From the human T2T-CHM13v2.0 reference genome, Homo sapiens: 64,000 bases of DNA. Below the pieces are notes generated by a model. The model saw nothing but the letters and a program-made list of their open reading frames with translations, was not told the origin of the DNA and ran no database searches. Position numbers and translations under genes: made by a program. The first letter of the stretch is position 1, and every line of letters starts with the position of its first letter. Positions 44,588 to 57,944 of the stretch are shown here, in pieces. Where the stretch lies: NCBI RefSeq assembly GCF_009914755.1, contig NC_060931.1; one strand, given 5' to 3'.

Positions 44588-46428
44588 AGCACTTTATGCC
44601 TTTTACATAGTAAGAGTTCACTGTGAGTGCTAACTACCTAAGAAGCAGGTGACAGGCATTATTACTCTCATTTCCCACATGAAGAAACTGATGATTAAAG
44701 ATACAAGCAAAGCTTCCAAAGGTCAAATGTCAGTGCTCCAAAGAGAGAAGTTAAAACTTCACAGTTTGCCGTTTAAAATTTCTATGGAATCTTCCATTTT
44801 TAACATGCCTTCCCCAACCCCTCTATTTATCTTTCCTATTTGTTTCTGTGAATATTACGGGTGACAATTTATCTTAGTCAGGAAATGTGCTGCTGCTCCA
44901 ACTGTGGCTCTGCACTCACATTAAAGAGATTGTTTCATTTTTGGTTTCTATGGAAATGAAATTTCTGACTTTATTGCTGGGTTTGGAAATGTTTTTCTAG
45001 GGGTTGACAAGGTTCTTCTTCACAAAAATGAAGGAGCTGACCTGGGCTTTAGGATTGGGAAGTTGTTATTTAACATAATTTGGGTATAAGGAAGGGTCTA
45101 CTACTTCCTAGAAAATTGATGTGCTGCCTCTGAACATTGCTTGATTTAAGAAACAATTTTTTCCTACTTTATTTTTCTGTTAGAAATATACATTTAAAAC
45201 ATGTTCCTGTCTTCCATTTCACCTTTCTTCCAAAGAGACTTTATTTTATAAAAATCTTCCACATATTTCATAGCCTATTCATTTCTCTAATACATCATGT
45301 ATTACCTAGGTAAGGCATGATGTTCGATAGAGCACAGGAGTCCCTAAAATAATAGTCTGTTGATTTGGTCTCAATAGAGGAATATTATAATGTCATCCTT
45401 GAGCTGGGAAACAAGAAACCACCTACAACTAAACAAAATGTGTTTTTGAGCAAGCATCTGCAAAAAAAGAGCAAATGAATTAGGGAGAGCAAACAGGAAG
45501 ACCTAATCTATTCCTGCTGTGAAAATACAAGTTAGAAAAAAAAAAGCCAATAAAATACATACTAGTTGCACTATCAGTCCTCAGAGAACCAATGCTCGTG
45601 TTCACATTGTCTGTTTTTAAAAGCCTACAGAGCATCTGGCTTCTGAATCTCTGCCACTCCAGAACTGAAATCTCCAGGGATTTTAATTTCTGAATTTATT
45701 TTTAGGTAATCAGAAGTACATTATGTCTAGCACATTTGTTTTCTCTAACCAAGGCTGATGCTAGTTGAAGTAGAAAAATTCAATTCATGATTAAGGAATT
45801 TGGTCACTGGACACTAATAGAGTGTCATGCATCCAAAATCACGCTCATGCAGAGCCCTGCTTCACAGAAGGCGTTTCTTCTTGATTCAGCTATCTTGATT
45901 TGGGGCATGGAAGAAGGATGCATTTTCAAGGACTAATAAACCCAGTTACCATGCCCTCATTTTTGTTATTCCCAATTTTATTAGTAGGAACTGAAGAGAG
46001 TGATGTAAGAGATTTTTTTTTTTCCTTAAAGAAACTCAAAGCTGCACTAAACCTCTGTTCATGCTCTACAATCCAAAATGTGTGTGCTGGCTTACCATTT
46101 GAGAAAAGTGCTTATTGTGTAAGCTTTAAACCAAGGTATGCAAAATTGGACTCAGTTGTGATGTGGAAGAGGGAGAGCAAAATTAGCTTTCAGCAAACAC
46201 AGAAGAAGATTAAGTTTGGATTTTTTCAGGCAACCACACCTTTTTGTGCTTTGTACCACTCATGATCTTGTTTGTCTCTTGCTGTTCTCACGAGTTCATG
46301 TGTTGAAATTCAGCTTTCTTATTTTGGAAGTTGCCTCTTATGATCTGGACATTTTTGGTTTCCTACTGCCTATCCTGTGTCCTTTGCCTCCTGTAGGGTC
46401 CAATCTTTGACAGATATGACTTAATGGA

Positions 46429-46784
46429 TGGTGTGATTTTGTTGTGTCCCCACCCAAATCTCACCTTGAATTGTAATAATCCCTACTTGTCAAGGGTGGA
46501 GCCAGGTGAAGATAACTGAATCATGTAGGTGGTTTCCCCCATACTCTTCTTGTGGTAATGAATAAGTGTCACAAGATCTAATGGTTTTATAAATGGGAGT
46601 TCCCCTGCACAAGCTCTCTTGCTTGCCATCACGTAAGACGTGACTTTGCTCCTCATTCACCTTCCATCATGATTGTGAGGCCTCCCCATCCATGTGGAAC
46701 TGTGAGTGCATTAAACCTATTTCCTTTTTAAATTACCCAGTCTTAGGTGTGCCTTTATTGGCAGTGTGAGAACAGGCTAACACA
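46429..46784 (+). mobile_element. THE1 (B/C-type) solo LTR
   Basis: tgtgtccccacccaaatctcaccttgaattgta; perfect TSD atgga. Confidence 0.92.
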
Positions 46785-46949
46785 ATGGATAATGTCTTTT
46801 CCATCTAATAGGGGAATTTTGCTATTCCAGTGTAACTCTGCCCTGATGGAGTAAGATATTTCGTCTTTCTGTCCTAATAGACTGTGCTTTATTTAGCTGG
46901 CTCAACCTCTTACCCGAAGCAAGAGTCTCTTCTAGATTACTTGAGAGAT

Positions 46950-47190
46950 ATCAAAGTGTTAAGAATGCAGGATCTGCGATTAGACCACCTGAGTTCATAT
47001 CTCAGGTCTAACAGTTACTACCCATCATGGGGTGCTCATTTGAACTGTCTATGCTTCACTTTTCTCATCTGTAAAACTAGAATCGCAGTGTCAACTGCAT
47101 AGGATTTTGACGAGGATTCAGTAAGTTAATACATGCAAAGAATCATTCCAGACAATGTGCAGCCCATAGAAAAAATATTCAATAAATGTT
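46950..47190 (+). mobile_element. MIR
   Basis: Core tttctcatctgtaaaa, gaggattca, tcaataaatgtta. Other MIR remnants near 14700, 24300, 30550, 31450, 39300 and 44030. Confidence 0.8.
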
Positions 47191-48986
47191 ACTTTTTAAA
47201 AAAGAGCTTTTCCAGGATTTAGTAAACCAAACCAAGAGTCAGGAACAGGAAAATAATATATGAAGTAATCATCATGGAGTAAATGACATTTATCCCCAAA
47301 TAAAGCCCAAGCTTGCTTTACTCTTTCTTTTCCCACAAGTCATGCCCACCCTTGGGCCGTAGTGGATCCTCCTCTAGCCTTTAAAAGAAGTAAGCAAGCT
47401 CTGCAGGTTGAGAAAGTGGCTTGGGCTGCTTAGCTTGGGAACCAATGCTGCCTCTCTTCAACTCCAAAGAGCACCTGCACAGATGACACAGGAGGGTCGG
47501 TGCCTCAAAGACCATCCCCTAACAAAAGATGTCAGTGAACCCTTTGATGTCCACCCCAGGGCCCAGATAAACAGTTTAACACTGTGACTGCAAACCTGAT
47601 CTCATCTTGCATTCTCTCTCCTTCACTTTCCCTCACTTCACATCTTCTCTCTCTGCCCCTCTCCAGAAACAGACTCTGTGGAGGTGCATGTTCTCTTGCC
47701 CCAGGGAATGGAGCAGGAGGGACAGGAGAATGGAGCAGGGAGAATGCAAAGCATGAAGGTGGCAGCAGCTCTGGGTGGGTCAGGTGCCAGGCCCTGGGTG
47801 CAGATCACCTCCTTGTCCTCCGGCCAGGTATGTCCAGCTCTAGCCGCAGCTTGTATGTTCTGAGGGGTCAGAACCTGGCTTTAAGGTATCGTATCCACTG
47901 ACATAAATTATGAAACATTGGCTTGCTTGCTACTGTACATAGATAAAGGGTTTCTAGTTGAGAGATGGAATGGAGGCTTTCTGGAGCACACGGAAGTGTT
48001 GGCTTTGGATAAACAGAACTTTTCTTATGGAAGAAGACCCTGTCAGTGGCCCATCGAAGCCCAGCTCCCACATATTTTTATCAGAAGGAAATTTTCAGAA
48101 CAGCTCTTCATGACTGCTCCATGGGCAAAAGCTATCAATCCATTTATTGCTGGGCTGGATTGGAGCGAGGTGGGAGGTGACAGAGAGAATGTGGGATGTT
48201 CACCCTTTGGTGAACCTTGTTAGGATGCTTTGCTTCTCACTGTTTAGAAAGACCTACAGGAATGCCAATTCCTGTCATTGAATCTGTGTCTTGAGTGATG
48301 TTGGGTAGAAATTCTGTCTCACTTCCCAGGCCCACCTAAGTGTCAGTCACTGGCCTTCACTGGGTGATCTGCCTAACTATTTCCCCTGAAGGGTGAAATT
48401 ACGGTGGTCTCTCAGCATTTAACCATTCTGTGTGGTTCTGCTTCTTCCATTTTACTATGTTCTCTATTGTAAACCTCATATATCTTCTTGTTTGGGTTTA
48501 TTCCAAGTTTGCTAGACTTGGAAGTTTCTAACTGGTTCTTTATTGGTCTGTGTAATCCTTTGTCCCATTTTTTGTCTTCATTCAGAGGTAACTCACTCTG
48601 GCCATGGATGTGTTTGTGCTTGAGGTCTCTCTCAGGCTCTCTATGATACCAGGAAAAAAGAGGGTGTGTGAAGAAAATGTGGGCAGCAGATTGGGACCCA
48701 GAGTTTCTTGAATTGGTTACAAAGCCCTGGCTCTCTCTGGCCCTTTCTCTGTATTGTATACTATTTGGTGGTTATCCATATATATATATACACATATATG
48801 TATGTTTTATATATATATATGTATGTTTTATATACATATATATGTTTTATATATATATGTAATTATTTGCTCCCTCTGAATTCAGGAGAGTGTGGAAGGA
48901 AGGAAATACCATGTTTGCATTGCTCATCCTCCCCTGTCTATTTTCTGGGACATTAGTGCTCCAATGTTATTTTTAAATAGCACTAG

Positions 48987-49106
48987 ATTTTAGGAAGTAT
49001 ATATATATATAATATAATATAATATATTATATATATGGATATATATTTTTATATGTAATATAATATATTATATTATATATAATATAATATATATACTTCC
49101 TAAAAT
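48987..49106. repeat. AT-rich palindrome with unique anchors
   Basis: attttaggaagtatatata ... tatatatacttcctaaaat around an almost pure A/T core. Confidence 0.93.
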
Positions 49107-52100
49107 TATATATATATATTATATATATAGACAGAGAACCACAATATGCTTATATATATAGAGCGAGAGAGAACCACGGTATACTTCTGGGCATCTTCCT
49201 GACACTGATCTTAACTCTGGTTTCTATCACCCAATCAAATAAGTCCACATTACAATTTCACATGACAGGTTTTCACGCCCTCAATGCTGATTACCACACG
49301 CCACTGCTAACTCTACTGGCTAAATGGCTCCTCTCATAACATGATTTTGGATGCGTAACCTTTGCAGACACCTTCTTTGGTGGAGCTCTGGTCACTGATG
49401 GGCTCATTTTCTTTCAAAGGGGATGAACCACGCAGATATGCAATGGAGCAGCATTAACCCAAACCTGAGAAGGTTTCACCGGAGGAGGAAGCCATGATTT
49501 TCATTTCCTTCAAAGACTGAGCATTGAAGGAAATTGAATCATACAATGAGTTAGTCCTTTCCAATTCTTTTGATTATATCAAGAAGCAACCTTCAGTTTA
49601 GTGCTATCTTTCTACTACTGGCAAACACATTTCCAGCCAAGATCCAGGGAACCTCAGGCTCAGAGCCTTAGGTAGGAATATCTGGCAGGAATTTAGGGTC
49701 ATTGCCTCGTTTCAATTTACAGTAAGGACACAAGGTTTCTTTTAAAAATAAATATATTCAAGATATTTGAAAAGTCAGTAACTTAACAAAAAAAGTATTA
49801 TTTAGCAGAGTCTCAAATTTTTTAAAAATGGCATTTAAATGCCTGAAATTAGGAAAGACTTTAGTAGGAAATTCCAGAAACATTCTTTTCCTATCAATAT
49901 TAAGCAATAGGAGAGCTGCAAGTGTTGATATGCAGGGGAGGATTTGTTAACCTATGTGAGATCAGGAGATAAAGTGTAAGAGGAAGGGGGAAAGATGAGC
50001 TGAAGTTAACTAGCCACATGTTTGTGTGGCAGAAAGATGGCATGAAAGTCAGCTGGCAGGAGGAAGGAATGCAGGGAGATGAGCCAGACCACAATCACGG
50101 TGGGGACAGGTAAGAAGGCAAATCCATGGAGCAGCCCTAGAGCCAAGAGATTTCCTTTCTGAATCTAAACATCTGTGTACATTTTCTTTTCCTAAATAAA
50201 ATGGTAAATTTACGGTTAAAAAAAAAAAAACCCTTAAGGCACACATTAAACATTAGATCTTTCATAACTCCAACATCCCAAAATAGCCAATGTTAACATT
50301 TTGTACATTTCTTTTTGGTTTCTTAATGAAGATGGTGGTAACACCAATAAATATCTTCCCTCCATAGACGTATTGCAGATTTTCTTTTGATGATAAAGTT
50401 AAAATATTTTTCTAGACATTTCTCCCTAAAATAAATCTGAAGTTAAGAAACACTTGGCAGAAATTTATACTTGTCAAATGACTCATTTGTCTCTGTATAA
50501 AAGAGAACTTTATCAATATATTTAATCACATAAATAATGTGTTCTAAAAGTACTATTTTTCTTCATTTTGATATTTTTGCAGAATGTTGATTGTGGAATA
50601 AATGTTTAATAATATAACTTCCCAGAATGTTTACATGATATTTCATATCAGGTGGCCATAATTCAATTTTTCCTTCTTTTTCATCAATTCAAATATTTCA
50701 GGATGTCAAGCTTGAAATAAATTTGTGGGACTATACAGTTTTTTCAATGAGAAGACTACAGAACCTATAGTAACTAAACCCTACTAGATAGTTATATGGA
50801 AAAATTCAGGTTTTCTATAAAGTAGTGGGTTCTTCTTTTAAAAGTTGACTAATAAAATATCTTAAAATAAGTTATCTAGTTAAAGGCATTTTAAAAATGT
50901 TTCACACTTATTTATCTTATTCACTTAAACTGGGCTCACAGCGTTTTTGTTTGTTTGTTTTGTTTTGTTTTTGTTTTTGTTTTTGTTTTTCTGAGATGAC
51001 CAGGCAGACTTTTTAAAAAAACATGTTAGCTTCCTCAGTGCTGCTTCTGTTATTGAAATTACCAGTTATTATCATTTTGTTGCAGACGAAGATGGCTATG
51101 TACTTTCTTGCATATTTTCAGGAATAGATCATTCAAGAAATATATCATTCAAGAAATGCTTTTTTATTACATAACTTTTTGGAATTTCATGTAACTTCTA
51201 TCTTGTTACCTTGAAACCTACTAAATTGTTTTTGTAGCATACAAAATGTGCTTTACAAAAAAATTAGTATTTAATTATATCAAAAGATGAACAATCTAAC
51301 ATTTGGCATATCTAACGATGGAGCCCTATCTAGCTAAGTTAGGCACTACAATACTAGAATGTAAATGATTTATTTGCAACTAAATTTTGTTATGAAAGCT
51401 CCTTATTCTTCATTTTCTCCTTTTCTCCAGTTTACATTAAATATTCTCAGAATCCCTGAGGGCACACAGGGAGAACTGGATGCCTGAACTACTATCATTA
51501 AAATTAGGTCCTGATATCAAGTATAGTGTGACTGAGTATACATTAGAAATACCCCCTGGACATTGAACAATTTTTAACCACTAATTTTTACATACAGTCA
51601 TTTTCTGAAATTATTCTGAAGGGAAAAATAAGCTGAATTCTGGACTTCAGCAGAACATAACACAGGGCAGGTAAATTTGATAGAAAAGTAATAAGAAAAA
51701 TAAGATGAGAACAAGGTGCTTGTGGAGAGACAAGTCTATGTGTGGCTTCCCTGTGGATTTATAAAAATGAAAACTACTTCAGCTGGAAAAAACCTCTAAG
51801 GGAGAAAGACACAAACTCCCCTTTTAGATGCCTTACCAGTACTTCAGGTGTCTAAAGTCCAGAAAATTATGGTGTGACAGTAGATTGTGATAGAACATGA
51901 ATCAAAACCTGTCCTCATTTTGAAATTCAAGGACACCACTTCAGGATGATGGGAGACAATCAAAAAGGGATAAATTAAGATACGTTGGGAGGAATGGTAA
52001 AGTAGCACTTCAACTCCCTTTCTTCTATGTAAATAATGGAAATAATGTGTGGTTTATCATTCAGCAGTAAAGAGAAAAGGAATTATAGGGAAAAGAGAAT

Positions 52101-52537
52101 GTTCAACTGCCAGTGTGTAGAAGAGTATCTAAGTGTAAGTAAAATACTCCTAACCAACAAAGCAACAGATTGAAACATCACTAGAGAAAGAAATATCATT
52201 CGAAACTGAATTTGAAAAGCAGAATTATATTTTTTCATTGACTAAAAACATTTCATCTACTTGACAGTGTTTTTGTCAAGACTCCTGTTTCTCCTGTGGT
52301 TAATATTTGCAAAGCACCTTGTGCTTTTTGGTAGGAAGGATTGATAAGTGAAAACTAAATCTATGTCTGAATAAATAACTTTAAAAAGTACAAGCTTCAA
52401 TTTTAAGACCTAGCTTCGTTAAGAAAAAGTATTCTTGCTTTTGAGATTTAAATTATGCAAGTAAGTGCTATTTGGCTACAATTCATCACTAGCACAAAAC
52501 ACAGAAGTTTTTTTTTACTGAGCCAGGCAACACTGTC

Positions 52538-52705
52538 TGCTGGTTTCCAAACATGGATGGGTATCAGAGCTCCAGGGAGGCGGGAAGTGCTTTTAAAATA
52601 CATATATTTTCAGGTTCCACTCCAAATGAATTTCTATAAGATTCTGGAAACTGTCAGGTTTACAAAGTTCTCCAGGTGTTTAGGTGGAGCAGACAGGTTG
52701 GGGAT
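52538..52705. mobile_element. MER5-like hAT-Charlie fragment
   Basis: ggtttccaaac...gcttttaaaataca...acaaagttctccaggtg. Confidence 0.5.
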
Positions 52706-53244
52706 TTAGAGGTGGAGTCCATCCTTAACTTTGAATACCCACATCATACCTGTTCTCTATGCATGAGGTAGCAGTAGAGCTTATTGTAGAGAACTTTCAT
52801 CTCTATCTCCAGTTGTAGGATAAACTGAGTACAGACTTAAGGTATCAATTTCAACCTCAAATTATCCTCTGAGACAAAACAATGATTTGTAATTTTTAAA
52901 ATCTCCAATTATATTATGAACTTCTTTATATAACAATTTCTATTTTATTAATTTTGGTATCATAAGCCTTTAGAACAAGCTTTGGATAAATCCAGACAAA
53001 TATAGTATCACTTATTCATAGAACAAGTATACAATGGTAAATAAAGTGATAAGAACCCTTTCCTGGTAGAGCCTAGATTCTAGTGAAAGGGACATCAATA
53101 AACTCAGAAGCAAATAAATACCCAGGATAGTTGAGAATGCTTTCAATTTTGATATGATTAAAATTCTTAGTTCTTCTAAATTTAGTCAGCTCTACAAGCC
53201 ATTTATTTCATGTCTTCAAGAACTTCATTTAGTTACATGCTTGG

Positions 53245-53730
53245 CAACTGTTCATTGAATGCCCACCGGGCTCTGAGCACCACTGGCGAGCAGCAGACCT
53301 ATAGCCTGCCCTCATGGAGCGCACAGTTAATCTAGCAGGGTGCAGGCAATAATAAAATAGTTTTACAAATAGATAACTACAAATTGTGAGAAGTGCTTTG
53401 AAGGCAAACCTACTGGAGTCATGAAATCACATAGCAGACTGGGCAGGGTCTAGTCACAGAGAGAGCAGGAAAGGCCTCTGTGCAATCAACTCTGAAATGA
53501 GACCTAAGCATAAGAGTAACTACGTGAAAATGAAGTAAAAATGCATTCCTCTGAAGGTGAGTTACGGCTGGAGGACTAGGAAGGCATTGAAGTGGGCAAA
53601 AGTATGGCTAGGAGTGAGGTCAGGGATGGGCTGACCCTAAGCATAGTGGAAGCCATGGCTGGGTTTTTATCACAAGAGTTACAGGACCAGATTTGCATTT
53701 GATGTCAATGGAGGACAGGCTGAAGAGCAA
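53245..53730 (-). mobile_element. L2 fragment
   Basis: ttcattgaatgccc, cctgccctcatggagcgcacag motifs. Confidence 0.7.
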
Positions 53731-55244
53731 AGCAAGGACAGATTCGGATGGGTTTATGCGAAGCATCACATTAATGGATAAAGCCTCATTACTTCCAAGG
53801 CCACCTTTCACTGTGATCTAGTGTATAAAATTAAAGTCCTGGCATTTTCCACACCAAAATGGAATAATTAAGAAACAGGAAAGTTAAATTAAAGGAAGAA
53901 ATATAAAAGAGTAATTTATATGCCATCACTTGGGCCAATGGCTTCTATCAATTACTTTTAAATATATTTTCCATTTTGAATTTTAATTTCTAGCTGTATA
54001 TTCCTTTTTTGGAACCTTTAACATTTCATTTTTCTGACTTAAGAAAGAAATAGACTTATAAAGGACCATTTACAACTGTAAGGGTTGTAGATAATGTTTC
54101 TTTGGCTATCTTTCAACAGGTGAAAGTTAGTTTCAGCTTATCCCAATCAGATAAAATTTCTATTTGTACCTTTCAAATGCAATTTCAAAAGTATTCAATA
54201 AAGTAGTCATTGAATATCAGTGATTCAAGAAGTCTTGCCTTCAGCATTTGACAAAAGAGCAAAGAAAACCTAAAATACCAACTTTGCTGGATGACATTTA
54301 CATGTCAAGCTTCCTTTTCTTGACTGTTGAAAAATGTTATTTTATTACAAATTTGATTACATTTGATCTTGTTTTGACTGTCTACAAAGAATGTCTCTCT
54401 GCTAATGCCAGTAAAAGCACAAATAAATTGGAAGGGCATCACCTCCTAGAATTACTAACAAATGCCAAGCCAATCCATATTATCACCAGTGTTGGTTTCA
54501 AGAAAAGAAGTACTTCAATGGCTGCCTTTAATTTCATTTTCTTGTGCTTTTAGAGGAGGAGAGATTTAAATGCCAGACCATCATTTACATAGAAGAGTTT
54601 TAAGCTGGCAATAACATTACCTCAAGCAGGAAGGAACCTGGAGACAGACTACAAACTATTCTCTGGCTACCTCAAATCTTGTTGAATATTTAGCCTGGCT
54701 GACATTACTTTTGTCTTTCAATTTCCTCTGTCATTTGTGCTTTTTTCTAACATGGTACCTGTCTGCCTGGAATGGTCTGCTGCTCTTTTACTCCTTTAAA
54801 TGACTTCTGAAAACTAAACTCTTGCAAAAAAACAAAACAAAACAGCAACAACAACAAAAACACCTGTTTTGCCCATTTGAATCTATTTTGCGCATGGCTT
54901 GCACAATTCCCTTCACACTATATTCTCCTTTTCCTTACGTTTGTTCCACTTGTGGAAAGGATAGTAACAGTGTTGACAGTCCATAATATGTTCAGGTCAC
55001 AGTCTGTCTTCATTATTTTGGGTTTATTAAAATTTTCACAAGGCACATCCCATGGCATCAAAGTAATAGCAATAATGCCAGCTGGTTTGCAGGCAGGGGT
55101 CTATGAGGAGGGCTTACTGTTAATGGGTATAGCAGTGGCTTTGTTCTATGCTTTGCTTTGCTTATTTACAGGTGTAGCTTTTAATTGAGATGATCAATGT
55201 TTTAAAGTCATGAATAATCAATTTCATATGATCTTTCACTTATA

Positions 55245-55930
55245 TATTCATTTATTCACTCATTCATGTACTCATCCAAGTATTTGCTCAGTATATTTTA
55301 CAATCAGCACTGTGCTAGACTCTTAAGATAAAATGCTAGGCACATAAGACAAGGTTCCTAACTGCCTAGAGTTTGCTCTAGTGGGGAGGGGGGCCATGGT
55401 AGGTATTAATTAAACAATCTCACTGATAAATATATAATTACACATTGAGAGAAGTATTTGGAAAGATGGGAACACCATGGTTCCATAAGCCCAGGTAACA
55501 AAAAAATTTAAGTAGGCTGCTGGGAAGGTGAGGAGAAAGAATCCAGAGAAGGATATTTTCCTCAGGAAATGACAAAGGTGAGATCTAAGAAAAAGGCAAA
55601 GGGGGACCAGAGAGTTGGAAGTGTGTTTTAGACAGAGGGTATAGCATGTGCAAAGGTCATCTTGCAGGGAATACACCTCTCTCAAGGAACTAAAAGAAGG
55701 CCAATGCCAAAGTGACTGCAGTCAGCAGTAAGAGAGATGATGGTGTGAGATCATCACTAGACTGAGGCAGGCATGGGGTCAAGTCAGAAGGCCCAGTGGG
55801 CCTTGTTGAAGACTGGGTCTTCATCCGACTACAAAACATTAAAAAAATGTTATACTGATGGAAGTATAAGTGAAGAAGCATCAAACTGACTTTTTGAAAA
55901 GAACCTTTTGGCTAGAGTATGCAGATTGGA
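55245..55930 (-). mobile_element. L2 3' fragment
   Basis: attcatttattcactcattca tail, gcactgtgctag, agcatgtgcaaagg. Confidence 0.8.
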
Positions 55931-56033
55931 GTCACCCTGAATGCTAACATTTGGTATAACTCATTTAGAATGAGGAATGGAATGTTGCTTCTTTTCATGC
56001 CTGAACTCTTTCAAAATCAGACTGTGATGTTAA

Positions 56034-56805
56034 TGGGGACTAAGCTCTGATTTTTTTTATCTTCCCCAAATTCCTATCTAAGGGGTCTGGGGATTCATGC
56101 CCTACAAAATATAACTTCTTGTTAGATGGGTTTTATTTAACTCTATGTATCGTGACTTGCTTTCCAATCTGATTCTGCCATAACATTATGTAACAAAGAA
56201 GAAAATCAAAATATTTTACCCCAAAACATGTTTCTTTGCCATATTTTGAGATAACCCTGTAAAACTGTCTTTTGTGGGGGAAAATTTGCATCTGTAAAGA
56301 ATCAGTATGCTGTTAAAGAACTAGATCTTTTTCTTCCAGGCCCTCCCAATCCTGAACAGATTATCTGAAAATCTAGCACCTTTTAAAAGGTCTGAATAGG
56401 AAACCTTTGTCACCTATTGTCTCTAAGGGCAGCCACTAGAAGACTTCAATAGAACCTTGGTCTCCACAATCTTTTATCTTAACCTGAACATTTCCTTTCT
56501 TTTGATCCCAGGTCTTTAGACAAACTCAACCAATTGTCAACCAGAAAATGTTTAAATTTACCTATAACCTGGAAGCTCCTGCTTCAAATTGCCCCACCTT
56601 TCTGGACCAAATATGTATCTCTCAAACATATTTGATTGATGTCTCATGCCTCCCTAAAATGTATAAAACCAAGCTGTACCCTGACCACCTTAGGCACATG
56701 TTTTCAGGACCTCTTGATGGCTGTGTCCCTGGTAATGGTCACTCATATTTGGCTCAGAATAAATATCTTCAAATATTTTACAGAGTTTGATTATTTTCAT
56801 TGACA
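56034..56805 (+). mobile_element. MER4-group ERV 5' LTR
   Basis: TG...CA ends; ggactaagctctgattttttt start; MER4-type 3' end gtcactcatatttggctcagaataaa...cagagtttga...gaca; AATAAA near 56758. Confidence 0.88.
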
Positions 56806-56811
56806 ATAATT

Positions 56812-56829
56812 TGGCATCCAACATAGGGC
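56812..56829 (+). other. Primer-binding site, tRNA-Lys(1,2)-like
   Basis: tggcatccaacatagggc vs TGGCGCCCAACGTGGGGC, 14/18, all four differences are transitions; starts 7 nt after the LTR. Confidence 0.65.
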
Positions 56830-57905
56830 CTCAGAGAAGTCTCAGAACCCCAAAGAAGTTGCCCAAACTCAGAGCTAAGGTACCAGCAGGGGCCCATTGA
56901 AGCCTACCCAACTTAATGCTTCTCTTCTGGTAGAACTGCTAAGTCCTCCTGAGTCCTGGAACTCCCTTCGGTTGACAGTCCTTGATTTATTCTGAGCTGG
57001 TTTTTCTCCTAGGAAGTTGTTGCTAAAGGATCCTAATTCTAGTTCAAAGATGCATTCTAAAGGGTCTTCTCTGTTGCTTTTTCTCCAAAAATTAATCTCA
57101 ATTGGCTTGTCTGTGCGCATTTGCATGAGAAACTGAACTGTTGTTTTCATATGTAAATAAGAGACTAAGTTTCCTCAGCTCTGAAGAGAAAGGACATTTT
57201 TCTCCTCCCAGCCAAAAGGCACCCTTAGGTGACTGGGGACCTTATGGCAGTGTCTGGGGGATTGACACCTCACAACATGCAGTGGCCCTACCGGGAAATT
57301 CCCAACAAAAATTAATTTAAAAAAAAGTCTTGTCTAGGAAACGCATATAAGGGCTGATCACCCAGTGTTTTGAGCCCTCTCAGAGGTAACAGACCACTGG
57401 AGAGAGAAACTGAGACATGTAAGAGGGTGGAAATGACTCAATGGTGACACACTATGGAGTCTTGCCTGTAAGCAGCACACATTGATCCACCAGACAAAAT
57501 TCCTAGGCCACATCTCAGATCCTCCTTTTAAGAAAAAAAAAAAAAAGTAGGAAACAAATAATCAACAAATAAGGCAAGAACAAGCAGAATGACCCCCTTT
57601 CAAGCATTCTGTATGTTTTATGGCACGTCTCCTTGCCAGAGTTTGTATAAAATGGAAGTAATATGGTCTTTGTGCACATTTACATTAAGGTAAAGAGCCC
57701 TAAGGTTGACTTGCCAACTATAGGGATCCTAAGTATTCTTTTTCTCTATTTTCTTTTCTGACTGCTTCAAATCTACTGTTGCTTTTCTACTGAGATAAAA
57801 ACCACTGTGTGTATCTAACAAGTTTTTTTTTTTTTTTTTTTTGCAAGCTAGTTAATTTGTATTTATGTCATGGCTAAAGTTCTGAAGTAAATGCTACAGA
57901 ATCTT

Positions 57906-57912
57906 TGTGTGA

Positions 57913-57943
<31 letters not shown>

Positions 57944-57944
57944 T
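57906..57944. repeat. (TG)n microsatellite
   Basis: Read directly; two GA interruptions near the 5' end. Confidence 0.95.

Noticed and set aside
47580-48730. GC-richer stretch with several short ORFs, possibly an old LTR
   Set aside because: I could not assign a family or coding signal with confidence.
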